This document shows positions 12,376 through 24,373 of a stretch of 64,000 nt of DNA, in pieces. The stretch's first letter is position 1; every line of letters begins with the position of its first letter. The translations under genes and the position numbers were made by a program. A model generated the notes under the pieces. It did no database searches. It was not told the origin of the DNA and saw only the letters and a program-made list of their open reading frames with translations. This DNA is from Mobula hypostoma (Eukaryota): positions 52,454,001 through 52,518,000 of the forward strand of contig NC_086097.1 in the NCBI RefSeq assembly GCF_963921235.1. Reading direction: 5' to 3'.

Positions 12376-13314
12376 AGGAGTATAAAGAAGCCAGAAAAGA
12401 ACTAAAGAAGAGAATTAGGAAAGCCAGGAGGGGCCATGAAAAGTCCTTGGCAAGTAGGATTAAGGTGGGTCCGAAGCATTCTAGAGATACATCCAAACCA
12501 AGAGCATAACTAGGGAGAGGGTGGAACAACTCAAAGATAAGGGGGAACAGTTGTTTGGATGCTGAGAATGTGAGTGAGGTACTTAATGGGTACTTTGCTA
12601 CAGTACTTACCAAAGAAACGACCATTGGAGATCAGTGCTGTGTGTATAAACACATTAAGGTGTTTCGAGGTCAAGGAGGAGGTTAATAAGTATTAAGATG
12701 GAGAAGTCCACAGGGCCTGATGGGATTTACCCCAGGTTATTGAAAGAGGCAAGAGACAAGATTGCCTGGCCTTTGGCCGCTATTTTCATGTCCTCTCTAG
12801 CCACAGGCGAGGTCCTTGTGGACTGATGAGTTGCTAATGTTGTATCTCTATTTAAGAAGGAAACAAGTGAAAATCTTGGGGACTATAAACTGGTGAGTCT
12901 TACATCAGTTGTAAGAAAAATGCAGGAGAAAAATCTTAGGGGTAGGCTAGATGTGCACATGGCCTAATTAGGGAGAGCCAGCATGGCTTTGTGCGTGGCA
13001 GGTCGTGCCTTAGCAACTTGATTGAGTTTTTTGACAAAGTGATGAGAGAGACTGATGATGGTAGGGCAGCGGATGTTGCCTACATGGATTTTAGCAAGGC
13101 ATTTGACAAAGTCCCTCATGGGAGGCTAATCCAGATAATGAAGCAGCACGGGGTCTGCGGTGAAGTGACTGTTCGGATTCAGAACCGGCTTGCACACAGC
13201 AGTGGCTGCAGGGACTTATTCGAGCTGGAGCTCCCTAATTAGTGCTGCCTGCAGGGATCTGCGCTGGGACCTCTGCTCTTTGTGATGGATATAAATGACC
13301 CGGATGAAAATGTA

Positions 13315-14200
13315 AGCAATGCACATTAAATGCTGGAGCAACTCAGCAGGCCAGGCAGCATCTAGGAAAAGAGTACAGGCGACATTTCAGGCCAATACCC
13401 TTCGGCAGGACTGGAGAAAAATATCTGAGGAGTAGATTTAAAAGGTGGGGGGACAGAAGAGAGCAAAACACAAGGAGATGGGTGAAACCAAGAGGGGGAA
13501 GGATGAAGTAAAGAGCTGGGAAGTTGATTGGTGAAAGAGACAGGCCACAGAAGAAAGAAAAGGGGGAAGAAGCACCAGAGGGAGATGATGGGTGGGTAAG
13601 GAGATAAGGTGAGGGGGGAAAAGGGGATGGGGAATGGCGAAGGGGGGGGGGTATTACCAGAAGTTAGAGAATTTGATGTTCGTGCCATCGAGTTGGAGGC
13701 TACCCAAACAGAATATAACATGTTGTTCCTCCAATCTAAGTGTGGCCTCATCACAACAGTAGAGGAGGCCATGGATGGATGAGCACCAGACACAGTATAT
13801 GACCTCAACAGACTCAGAGGTGAAGTGTCTGCTCACCTGGAAGGACTGTTTAGGGCCCTGAATGGTAGTGTGGGAAGAGGTGTAGGGGCAGGTGTAGCAC
13901 TAGTTCCGCTTCCAATGATAAACACCAGGAGTGAGATCAGTGGGGAGGACGAATGGACAAAGGAGTGGCGTAGGGAGCGATCCCTGCAGAAAGCAGGAAG
14001 TTGGAGGAGGGAAAGATGCGTTTGGTGGTGGGATCCAGTTGGAGGTAGTGGAAGTTTTGGAGAATTATGTGCTGGACGTGAAAGCTGGTGGGATGGTAGG
14101 TGAAGGCAAGAGGAACCCTATCCCTGGTAAGCGCAGATGTGCCTGAAATGGAAGAAATGCAGTTGAGAGCAGTGTTGATGGTGGAGTAGGGAAGCCCATT
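13315..14200 (-). mobile_element. Penelope-like element 3' fragment (GIY-YIG)
   Basis: FTSESVEVIYCVWC...LEEQHVIFCLGSLQ; TSD GGATGA/CAAATGTA (13302-13314 and 14201-14213). Confidence 0.85.
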
Positions 14201-15209
14201 GGATGCAAATGTAGATGGATGGGTTAGTAAACTTGCGAATGATACCAGGATTGGTGGAGTAGTGAATACTGTAGAAGACTAGCAAAGAATACAATACGAT
14301 AGAGTTCAGTTGCAGATATGAGCAGAGAGATGGCAGATGGAGTTTAATGCAGATAAATGTGAAGTGTTGCACTTGGTAGGGCAAATGCAAGGAGACAGTA
14401 TACTGTTGAGGGCAAGGTCATTAACAGTGTTGTTGAGCAGAAAGATCTTGGGCTCCAACTTCATAGCTCCTTGAAAGCTGCAACACAGGTTGATAAATTG
14501 GTTAAGACGACTGATGAAATGCTTGCTTTTATTTGTTGAGCCATTGAGTTCAAAAGTCAAGAGGTTATTTTGCAACTTTATAAAACCCTGGTTAGGCCAC
14601 ATCTGGCATATTGCATACAGTTTTGGTTGCTCCACTATAGGAAGGATGCTGAGGCTTTGTTATGGGCACAGAAGAGGTTTACCAGGATGCTGCCTGGTTT
14701 AGAGGGCACGTGCCATAAAGAGAAGCTGGATAAACTTGTGTTGTTTTCTCTGGAGCACCGAAGGCTGAGTGGAGAGCCGATAGAGGTTTGTAAGATTATG
14801 AGAGGCATAGGTAGAGTGGACAGAGAGTATTGGTTTACTAGGGTTGAAATGGTTAATACCAGAGGGCATGCATTGAAGGTGAGAAGGGGTAGGTTCAAAG
14901 GAGACGTGAGGGGTAAGTGTTTTGTTTTACTCAGAGAGTTGCGGATGTCTGGAATGCACTGCCTGGTATGTTGGTAGAGGCAAATCCATTAGTGACTTCC
15001 AAGAGATGATTGGATAGGCACATGGATGAAAGGATGATGGAGGGATATGGACATGGTGTAGGTAGGCGAGATTAGTGTCTAGGTGCTTTTGATTTGCTTT
15101 TTGTTTGGTTCAGCACAACACTGTGGGCCGAATGGCCTGTTCCTGTGCTTCTGCAAATCCCAGAATATGATCCGTTGTTATAAAATAAATTTCTTATGCA
15201 TTCTAAAAC

Positions 15210-15909
15210 AGAGAGAGTTAAAGGGCTTATGTCTCAGCAAGATCTAGAAAAACTTGTCCATGCATTTATTTTTAGAAGGTTTGACTGCTGTAATGGCATT
15301 TTCACAGGTCTCTGTAAAAAAAAATCCCTCAGACAGCCACAGCTCATTCAAACTACAGCTGCTGGAGTCCTCTCTAAGACCAAGAAAGCAGAACACATCA
15401 CTCCAGTACACTGGCTTCCTGTCCATCAGAGGACTGACTTTAAAATATTACTAGTGGTGTATAAATCACTGAATGGTCTCAGGCCAAAATACAACTCTGA
15501 TCTCTTGTTGTATTATGAGCTTCCCGAGCTCTCAGGTCATCTGGGGCGGGTCTGCTTACCGTCCCCAGAGTCAAAACTAAACATGGTGAAGCAGCTTTTA
15601 GTTACTATGCTCCACACATCTGGAATAACTTTCCAGATGATCTGAAATCTGCCACAACTTTAATCTCATTTACATCGAGCTTTAAACTTTTCTTTTTGCT
15701 GTAACTTTTAATTAGAATTGTCTGCGCTGTAACCTTTATTCCTTTTTAAATCTATTTATCATATCTATTTTTTGTGTGATTTTATTCTCTTTTATATTGC
15801 CTGAAATTTGATGTTTAATTTTTATATCTTGTTCGATGTAAAGCATTTTGAACAGCCTTGTGTTTGAAAAGTGCAATGCAAATAAACTTGCCTTGCCTTG
15901 TCTTGCCTT
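15210..15909 (+). mobile_element. L2 LINE 3' fragment
   Basis: LEKLVHAFI..FDCCNGIFTGL..HITPVHWLPV..DFKILLVVYKSLNGL; AATAAA followed by a (CTTGC)n tail. Confidence 0.85.
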
Positions 15910-16348
15910 ACTGTGCGTGAGAAAGCTTACAGGGATACATCATGTGGTCAGCAAAATTCTTCTTCCCATAGATTTAAGGTGAGAGTTAAGAGGTTTAGAT
16001 GGGATTTGAGGGGAATTTTTTTTCCCCAACACAGAAAACACTGCCTGAAGAGCTGGTAGAAGAAGATACTCTCACAGCTTTTAGGAAAGTGTTAAACAAT
16101 TACTTGAATTGATAAGGTGCAGAAAGCTATTGACCTAACACTTGTAAATGGGATTCATGTCAGTAGGTACATTGGGTGGAATGAACATGGTGGGCTGAGG
16201 TTTCTGTGCTGTACGACTCTATGAGCCTTATGGCCTTATTGACATTTCACAGTTACAGCTGACACAAGATGCCTGAATAACATCATCCAATGATAATCTA
16301 AGGCTATGAAACACACAGAGGTGATTCTGCAAATCCCAGGATATGATC

Positions 16349-16487
16349 GCAAACATGAGGAATTCTGCAGATACTAGAAATTCAAGCAACACACCCTGAC
16401 GAAGGGTGTCGGCCCAAAATGTCGACTGTAGCTCTTCCTAGAGATGCTGCCTGGCCTGCTGCATTCACCAGTAACTTTGATGTGAGT
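16349..16487 (+). mobile_element. Penelope-like terminal fragment with inverted 5' part
   Basis: 15-bp TSD TCCCAGGATATGATC (16334-16348 and 16488-16502). Confidence 0.8.
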
Positions 16488-16579
16488 TCCCAGGATATGA
16501 TCCTTTGTTATAAAATAAATTCCATAAGCATTGTCAAACAGTTTGTTTAATTTTGACCCTGACTAACACCCTGACTAAC

Positions 16580-16831
16580 CTGGATGCCCACAACGTGGTT
16601 GAGCAGATCCAGGTGCTGTCCTAGTCCCAGCAATTTCCCGTCCATTTTCATCCACACACCAGCAGTGGCCTGTGCTGCTTTGACATTGCATCGGCCTGAA
16701 GTTCCCCTCGTCATCACACTGAGGGATGTAGAGTCCCACCCGAGGTTCAGATCCAAATGCAGTCAACTCCGTTTGTAATCTCTCTCGTTGCTCTTCACAT
16801 GCAGTTTTACGGCGTTCACTGGTTGTTAAAG
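16580..16831 (-). CDS. NID2: TY-domain exon (252 bp, class A)
   Basis: gatcAG acceptor, G|GTTAGT donor; peptide matches the exon at 5610-5861. Confidence 0.9.
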
Positions 16832-17297
16832 CTGATCAAAATAAACAGATTATCAAATACTCAAAGCAGTGCTTTGGGACCGGACCCAATGCCGCAATGT
16901 GACAGGGGAACAGTCAACCCTCTTGGGAAATAAAGCTGCTCAAGTAGGGACGGCACTGTGGGACAAATTGTAAAATGGTTATGGAAAAAGATAGGGCTGA
17001 ACCACAAGTTAAAGGACTAAACTGGGATAAAGCTAATCGTGATACCAGTAGACAAGAACATGCAAAGGTTGATTGGGAGATATTGTTAGCAGGTAAAGGT
17101 ATCACTGAGTTCCAAATCAGAAACTTCAATAATTAAAGTCCCTTTGAACTTCAAATGTTAACACTGATCATGCTGTTTAACATGCTGCGCGATGGCCCCT
17201 TGGGTGTTATGGTTGTTAATGCAAATGACATTTTTAGCTTCTATTGAATGTACATGTGATAAATAAATCTGAACTTAAATCCAATGGCCTCACTTAC

Positions 17298-17534
17298 CTG
17301 GCACCTCACAGCGCGGTTGACCAGTTCCAGGTGCTGTCCTCGTCCCTGCAACTTCCTGTCCATTCTCGTACACACACCAACAGTATCCTGTGCTGCCGTG
17401 ACATTGCATCGGCCTGAAGTTCCCCTCGTCATCACACTGAGGGATGTAGAGTCCAACAAGAAGTCCGTGCTGGCTCCCCTCTGCTTGCAACCGTTCTCGC
17501 TGCTGCTCACAGGCAGACTTCGGGCGCTCACCAG
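17298..17534 (-). CDS. NID2: TY-domain exon (237 bp, class B)
   Basis: ctgcAG acceptor, G|GTAAGT donor, open TY domain. Confidence 0.9.
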
Positions 17535-18541
17535 CTGCAGATCAATTCAAGAAGGAATCTGTTACTGAGCAACAGTGGAAATATTTTAAACTGAGCTGTG
17601 TCATTTTTCTTCTTGCTGACTGTGTTGTCAGTTTACAGGGCATCAGGCAAGCCAGCAGGTTGTGTGACATTGTGCCTGACGTGTTCAGCCTTTTGCTACA
17701 ATGGATGCTAATTGCTTGTGCAGAACAAGGATAAGCTGGATTGTCATTAAGGAGACAATTTAAATTGGGGTTTCAATGTTTTACATCTCTGTACGACTGA
17801 ATGAGGAGAAAAATAAGAAACACAGAAAACATCCAATTAGAAGAGAGAAAGAAAGAGAGACAGGAAAAGCTGAAAATGCAGAACAGAGAAAAAAAATGAC
17901 ACAGATATATTTGATTTTGTGAGTCCATCTTAGACTTTTCTTAATTTTCCCTTTCGATTTAGACAGGTGCAATAAAAAAAACAAACTTTGAATGTCTTGT
18001 TTTTGGAGCTCACATTGTGAAATATTTCTATTTGTTAACTGGGTGTGAGAAAGTCAGTTTATAGGGATACATAGTGTCATCAGCAGAATTCTTCTTCCCA
18101 TAGATTTCGGGTGCAAGTTAAGGGGTTTAGATGGGATTTGAGGGGATTTGTTTTTGCAACTCAAAAAACACCGCCTGAAGAGCTGCTGGAAGTAGCTACT
18201 CCCAGAGTTTAAGAAACAGCTAAAAAAAAAGTACTGTACTTGAATTGCCAAAGTGTAGAAAGCTACTGACCTAACACTTACGAATGGGATTCGTATCAGT
18301 AGGTACATTGGATAGAATAAACATGGTGGGCTGAAGGGCCTGTGCTGTAAGATGCTATGGGCCTTATTGACACTTCACAGTTATAGCTGACACAAGATGG
18401 CCTGAATAAATTCTTCCAATGATAATCTAAGGCTATGAAAAACACAGATGTGCTTCTGCAAATCGCAGAATATTATCCTTTGTTATAAAATAAATTCCTT
18501 ATGCATTGTAAAACAATTGGTTTAATTTTAACCTGACTAAC

Positions 18542-18793
18542 CTGGAAGCCCACAACGTGGTTGAGCAGATCCAGGTGCTGTCCTCGTCCCAGCAACTTCC
18601 TGTCCATTTTCATCCACACACCAGCAGTGGCCTGTGCTGCTTTGACATTGCATCGGCCTGAAGTTCCCCTCGTCATCACACTGAGGGATGTAGAGTCCCA
18701 CCCGAGGTTCAGATCCAAATGCAGTCAACTCCGTTTGTAATCTCTCTCGTTGCTCTTCACATGCAGTTTTACGGCGTTCACTGGTTGTTAAAG
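18542..18793 (-). CDS. NID2: TY-domain exon (252 bp, class A)
   Basis: gatcAG acceptor, G|GTTAGT donor, open TY domain. Confidence 0.9.
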
Positions 18794-19255
18794 CTGATCA
18801 AAATAAACAGATTGTCAAATACACTAAGTAGTGCTTTGGGACCGGACCCAATGCCGCAATGTGACAGGGGAACAGTCAACCCTCTTGGGAAATAAAGCTG
18901 CTCAAGTAGGGACGGCACTGTGGGACTAGTTGTAAAATGGTTATGGAAAAAGATAGGGCTGGTCCACAAGTTAAAGGACTAAACTGGGATAAAGCTGATC
19001 ATGATACCAGTAGACAAGAACATGCAAAGGTTGATTGGGAGATATTGTTAGCAAGTAAAAGGGATCACTGAGTTCCAAATCAGAAACTTCATTAATTAAA
19101 GTCCCTTAGAGCCATATTTTAACACTGATCATGTTTAGCATGCTGTGAGCTGGCCCCTTGATTGTTATGGTTGTTAATGCAAATGACATTTTTAGCTTCT
19201 ATTAAATGTACATGTGATAAATAAATCTGAACTTAAATCCAATGGCCTCACTTAC

Positions 19256-19492
19256 CTGGCACCTCACAGCGTGGTTGACCAGTTCCAGGTGCTGTCCTCG
19301 TCCCTGCAACCTCCTGTCCATTCTCGTACACACACCAACAGTATCCTGTGCTGCCGTGACATTGCATCGGCCTGAAGTTCCCCTCGTCATCACACTGAGG
19401 GATGTAGAGTCCAACAAGAAGTCCGTGCTGGCTCCCCTCTGCTTGCAACCGTTCTCGCTGCTGCTCACAGGCAGACTTCGGGCGCTCACCGG
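19256..19492 (-). CDS. NID2: TY-domain exon (237 bp, class B)
   Basis: ctgcAG acceptor, G|GTAAGT donor, open TY domain. Confidence 0.9.
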
Positions 19493-20498
19493 CTGCAGAT
19501 CAATTCAAGAAGGAATCTGTTACTGAGCAACAGTGGAAATATTTTAAACTGAGCTGTGTCATTTTTCTTCTTGCTGACTGTGTTGTCAGTTTACAGGGCA
19601 TCAGGCAAGCCAGCAGGTTGTGTGACATTGTGTCTGATGTGTTCAGCCTGTTGTTACAATGGATGCTAATTGCTTGTGCAGAAGAAGGATAAACTGGATT
19701 GTCATTAAGGAGACAATTTAAATTGGGGTTTCAATGTTTTACATCTCTGTACGACTGAATGAGGAGAAAAATAAGAAACACAGAAAATATCCAATTAGAA
19801 GAGAGAAAGAAAGAGAGACAGGAAAAGCTGAAAATGCAGAACAGAGAAAAAAAATGACACAGATATATTTGATTTTGTGAGTCCATCTTAGACTTTTCTT
19901 AATTTTCCCTTTCGATTTAGACAGGTGCAATAAAAAAAACAAACTTTGAATGTCTTGTTTTTGGAGCTCACATTGTGAAATATTTCTATTTGTTAACTGG
20001 GTGTGAGAAAGTCAGTTTATAGGGATACATAGTGTCATCAGCAGAATTCTTCTTCCCATAGATTTCGGGTGCAAGTTAAGGGGTTTAGATGGGATTTGAG
20101 GGGATTTGTTTTTGCAACTCAAAAAACACCGCCTGAAGAGCTGCTGGAAGTAGCTACTCCCAGAGTTTAAGAAACAGCTAAAAAAAAAGTACTGTACTTG
20201 AATTGCCAAAGTGTAGAAAGCTACTGACCTAACACTTACGAATGGGATTCGTATCAGTAGGTACATTGGATAGAATAAACATGGTGGGCTGAAGGGCCTG
20301 TGCTGTAAGATGCTATGGGCCTTATTGACACTTCACAGTTATAGCTGACACAAGATGTCTGAATAAATTCTTCCAATGATAATCTAAGGCTATGAAAAAC
20401 ACAGACGTGCTTCTACAAATCGCAGAATATTATCCTTTGTTATAAAATAAATTCCTTATGCATTGTAAAACAGTTTGTTTAACTTTAACCTGACTAAC

Positions 20499-20750
20499 CT
20501 GGAAGCCCACAACGTGGTTGAGCAGATCCAGGTGCTGTCCTCGTCCCAGCAACTTCCTGTCCATTTTCATCCACACACCAGCAGTGGCCTGTGCTGCTTT
20601 GACATTGCATCGGCCTGAAGTTCCCCTCGTCATCACACTGAGGGATGTAGAGTCCCACCCGAGGTTCAGATCCAAATGCAGTCAACTCCGTTTGTAATCT
20701 CTCTCGTTGCTCTTCACATGCAGTTTTACGGCGTTCACTGGTTGTTAAAG
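20499..20750 (-). CDS. NID2: TY-domain exon (252 bp, class A)
   Basis: gatcAG acceptor, G|GTTAGT donor, open TY domain. Confidence 0.9.
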
Positions 20751-20979
20751 CTGATCAAAATAAACAGATTGTCAAATACTCAAAGTAGTGCTTTGGGACC
20801 GGACCCAATGCCGCAACATGGCAGGTGATAAAGATGATGTAATATTGAATTTAACGTGAGCAGGTCCAAGTGACTGGACAGGAAGGGTGAGTATTGGGAT
20901 TGAGAAATGTTTTGTGGGCTTTATTGTGTTTATTTTAATGCAAAAAGCCTGACTGATAAATATTCAAACTTTGGACATG

Positions 20980-21292
20980 GATGGGCTCAGGGGCGGGGGT
21001 GTCGTGACATTACACCGCTGGGCTCAGGGGGGGTGTGACATCAGACCGATGGGCTCGGGGGGGGTGACATCACACCGATAGGCTCGGGGGGGGTGACATC
21101 ACACCGATGGGCTCGGGGGGGTGTGACATTACACCGATGGGCTCGGGGGGGGGTGACATCACACCGATGGGCTCGGGGGGGGGTGTGACATTACACCGAT
21201 GGGCTCGGGGGGGGGTGTGACATTACACCGATGGGCTCCGGGGGGGGGGGCACGTGACATTACATGGATCAGCTCAGGGGGTGTGACATTTC
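20980..21292 (+). repeat. G-rich minisatellite, ~30-33 bp unit (GATGGGCTCGGGGGGGGTGTGACATTACACC), ~10 copies
   Basis: Direct tandem repeats with variable G-run length. Confidence 0.9.
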
Positions 21293-21900
21293 ATGGTTGA
21301 GGGATTGGCACATGTGGCAGCTCAGTGTTCTAGGGTATAGATGCCTTAGGTATGAACGAGGTGAGGACAAAAGAGGAGGAGAGCTAGATTTTTGATTAAA
21401 GGGAACATTCCTGGGGAATGTCTATGGGGAATAAGAGGCTGGTCATGTTGATGGGGTTGTACTATAGATCCCCAAATGGTCAGAGGAAAATAAAGCAGCA
21501 AATATGTTGGGAGATCACCGACAGCTGGAGGAGCTATAAAGCTGTAAGAGTTGGTGATTTTAACTTTCCTGATGTGACTCGGACAAACATAGGAAAGGGT
21601 CAGATGTAGGCAGAATTCATTAAATATGTTCAGGAAAGGTTTCTGAAGCAATGTGTAGACACTGTTCTGGAGAGGATAACAATTAATCTCTTGGGAAATG
21701 AGGCTGGTCAAGTGGGGCAGCACTTTGACACCAGCTGTAAAGCAGTTATGGACAATGATAGGGCTGGTCCACAAGTTAAAGGCCTAAACTGGGACAAGTC
21801 TAATCCTGTTATCATTAGACAAACAATTTGCTAAGATTGATTGGGAGCCTATGTTTGCAGATAAAGGGATCACTCAGATCCCAGGCAGAAACTTTAATAA
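21293..21900 (+). mobile_element. Ancient CR1 ORF2 (endonuclease region) relic
   Basis: MGLYYRSPNGQRKIKQQICWEI..VGDFNFP; paralogous copy at ~43600-44270 and shorter copies in each A/B unit. Confidence 0.7.
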
Positions 21901-21956
21901 TTAAAGTCTTTGAACTTCTCTATTTAATATAACATGTTACTATTACCCTGACTAAC

Positions 21957-22199
21957 CTGTAAGTCCACAACGTGGCTGACCAGTTCCAGGTGCTCTTCTC
22001 GTCCCAATAATTTCTTGTCCATTCTCGTACACACACCAGCAGTATCCTGTGCTGCTGTGACACTGCATCGGCCTGAAGTTCCCCTCGTCATCACACTGAG
22101 GGATGTGGAGACCAACCAAGGGCAGGGATCCACGCTGGCTCATCGTTTCTAAGTGTTCTCGCTGCTGCTCACAGGCAGTCTTTGGGTGCTCATTGTCTC
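21957..22199 (-). CDS. NID2: TY-domain exon (243 bp)
   Basis: tttgtttgttcAG|GA GAC acceptor, G|GTTAGT donor; DNEHPKTACEQQREHLETMSQRGSLPLVGLHIPQC...RCGLT. Confidence 0.9.
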
Positions 22200-23087
22200 C
22201 TGAACAAACAAACAAAAATGCTTTTGATATAGTCAATAATTTAAAAACGCAGCTCTTTTAAAATGGGTCAAGTAACATTTCTTGATCAGAATAGATGATT
22301 TAAAAAGAGCACAGTCAGTCAATATGTTTTAAAGGACTAATAACCTTCTTGTTCTTAGAAGTTTGCAATATAAGGTGGTTTTGTGTGGGGAAAACACCTG
22401 ATTGTACCAGAGCTCGGTTTTGCACTGACCACCACACGAAATAGCACTGCACTGCTTTACAATATATGGCACGTCATTTTCTTTAATGCAGGTGAAGAGC
22501 TTGCTATCAACTACTGCACACTTTTTAAATTGATTCTGTGCTATCAATGTCAGAGACGAGCTCTTCAAGGAGATCCAGTTACTGACGTCAGTGCTGGAGG
22601 GATTGGTTTGTTTTGGCTGGGCCGCTGGTATCGATTCTACAATGGACAGGGGCATCTCTCAGGGTGAAAGTTACTGCTGTAGGTCACAGCTACCACCTGA
22701 CAACAACACATACACACCTAAACTTCCTTATGCTGAAATATTGCACCTTAACAGCTGTTGCTATTACAATGATTGTTTGTCCTTAACTTTGCAACACTGT
22801 AGGAAAACCTACACGGTCAGCAATCATACACATCACTTTCCCTTATTTGAGACATGACTTTAACCATTGAAGTGATTTTCTCTTGATGCCCACTGATATC
22901 CATTCTACTGGGGTTCCTTCAAACCAAACTTAGTCAAACATTACCTTGGTGTCAAGGGCCACAACTCTCACTTCACCTCACAATTCAGCCCTTTGGTCAA
23001 CTCTTGCCTGAACCATTTTGTGATGGGGGTCTGGCACCACATGGTCCTGACAAATCCCAAACTATGCTTCAGTGAGCAGGTTATCAG

Positions 23088-23730
23088 TCAGAATCAGAAC
23101 GAGGTTTATCGTCGTTGACACCTGTCGTGGAATTTGTTGTTTCGTGGTAGCGAGACAAAAATTACGGTCAGCAACAAAAATAAATAAATAGTGGAAAGAG
23201 GAATGTTGGAGCAGGGTTCATCAACTGTTCAGAAATCTGAGGGTGCAGGGGAAAAATATTCCTAAAACAGTATGTGTGAGTCATCAGACTGCTGTACCTT
23301 TGCCCCGACAGTAGTAATAAGAGGGCATATTCAACTTGAAGGCCTTTAATGATGGATACTGCCTTCTGAAGGTACCAGCTTTGGAAGATGTCCTTGATGG
23401 AGGGGAGAGCTGTGCTCGTGATGGAGCCACAGGGGCCAGCTGAGCCTACAGCTGTCTGTAGCCTCTTTCCACTCTGTGCATTGGAGCCTCCCTACCACGC
23501 TGAGATGTAACCAGTCAGAGGCCTCCCCACCACACATCTGTAGACACTTACAAGTCTTTGGTGACATACCAAATCTCTGCAAACCCCCAACAAAATAAAG
23601 CCACTGGCGTGCCTTCTTCACCATTGCATGAATGTGTTGGGCCCAGGATAGATCCAAGACGTGGATGCCCAGGAACCTGATGCTGCTCACCCTTTCCATT
23701 GCTGACCCCTGTGCTCTCTCGACTTCCCTG
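23088..23730 (-). mobile_element. Rex/Babar-like LINE 3' fragment
   Basis: ERVSSIRFLGIHV.DLSWAQHIHAMVKKARQWLYF..LQRFGMS; short tandem tail near 23090. Confidence 0.7.
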
Positions 23731-24337
23731 TCAAAGTTCAAACTTCAAAGTTCAAAGAAAAACTTATTATCAGAGTACATGCATATCACAGACAACCCTG
23801 AGATTCTTCTTCTGCAAGCATACTCAGCAAATCTACAGTACAGTAACTGTAAACATCAGGAACTGTTAACTGTAAACAAACTGTGGAAATGCAGATATAA
23901 ATAAATAGCCATAAAGAATGAGCATGAAATAACAATATAACAGAGTCCTTAAGTGAGTGTAGTTATCCAGTATCCTTCAGGAGCCTGATGGTTGAGGGGT
24001 AGTAACTGTTCTTGAACCTGGTGGTGTAAGTCCTGAGGCACCTGTACCTTCTACCTGATGGCAGCAGGGAGAAAAGAGCATAGCCTGGGTGGTGAGGATC
24101 TTTGATGATGGATGCTGCTTTTTTACAGCAATGTTTCATATAGATGTGCTAAATGCCTTATTGATATTGAGTGAGAGGTTGTTGTTATGACACCACTCAG
24201 CCAAGTTCCCAATCTCCCTCCTGTATGCTGATTCATCACCCCTTTGATACAGCCCACAACAGCGGTGTTGTCAAGCAACACACATCAAATTTGCTGGTGA
24301 ACGCAGCAGGCCAGGCAGCATCCCCAGGAAGAGGTAC

Positions 24338-24373
24338 AATCAACGTTTCAGGCCGAGACCCTTCGTCAGGACT
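24338..24373 (-). ncRNA. Minimal hammerhead ribozyme motif (sense to the TY gene)
   Basis: Minus strand AGTC-CTGACGA-AGGGTCTCGGCCT-GAAACGTT-GATT. Confidence 0.55.

Larger units (their letters stand above)
10546..15150 (+). mobile_element. Degenerate CR1 LINE with nested insertions
   Basis: RT motifs (GRSCLSNLIEFF, YMDFSKAFDKVPH, LYKTLVRPHL, TRGHALKV) and a CR1 3' UTR; frameshifted. Confidence 0.9.
16580..20815. repeat. Tandem ~1.96 kb unit, just over 2 copies; second block, offset ~10970 bp from the first
   Basis: Exon offsets of 1962, 1958 and 1957 bp; near identity with 5610-8760. Confidence 0.9.

Noticed and set aside
5610..20815. Repeat array as CRISPR-like or as separate single-exon genes
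   Set aside because: Eukaryotic context; units are kb-scale, bounded by splice sites, and lack their own start codons or signal peptides
22329..22857. Overlapping ORFs in unique intronic sequence
   Set aside because: No recognisable domain and no convincing splice-site pair in the gene's phase
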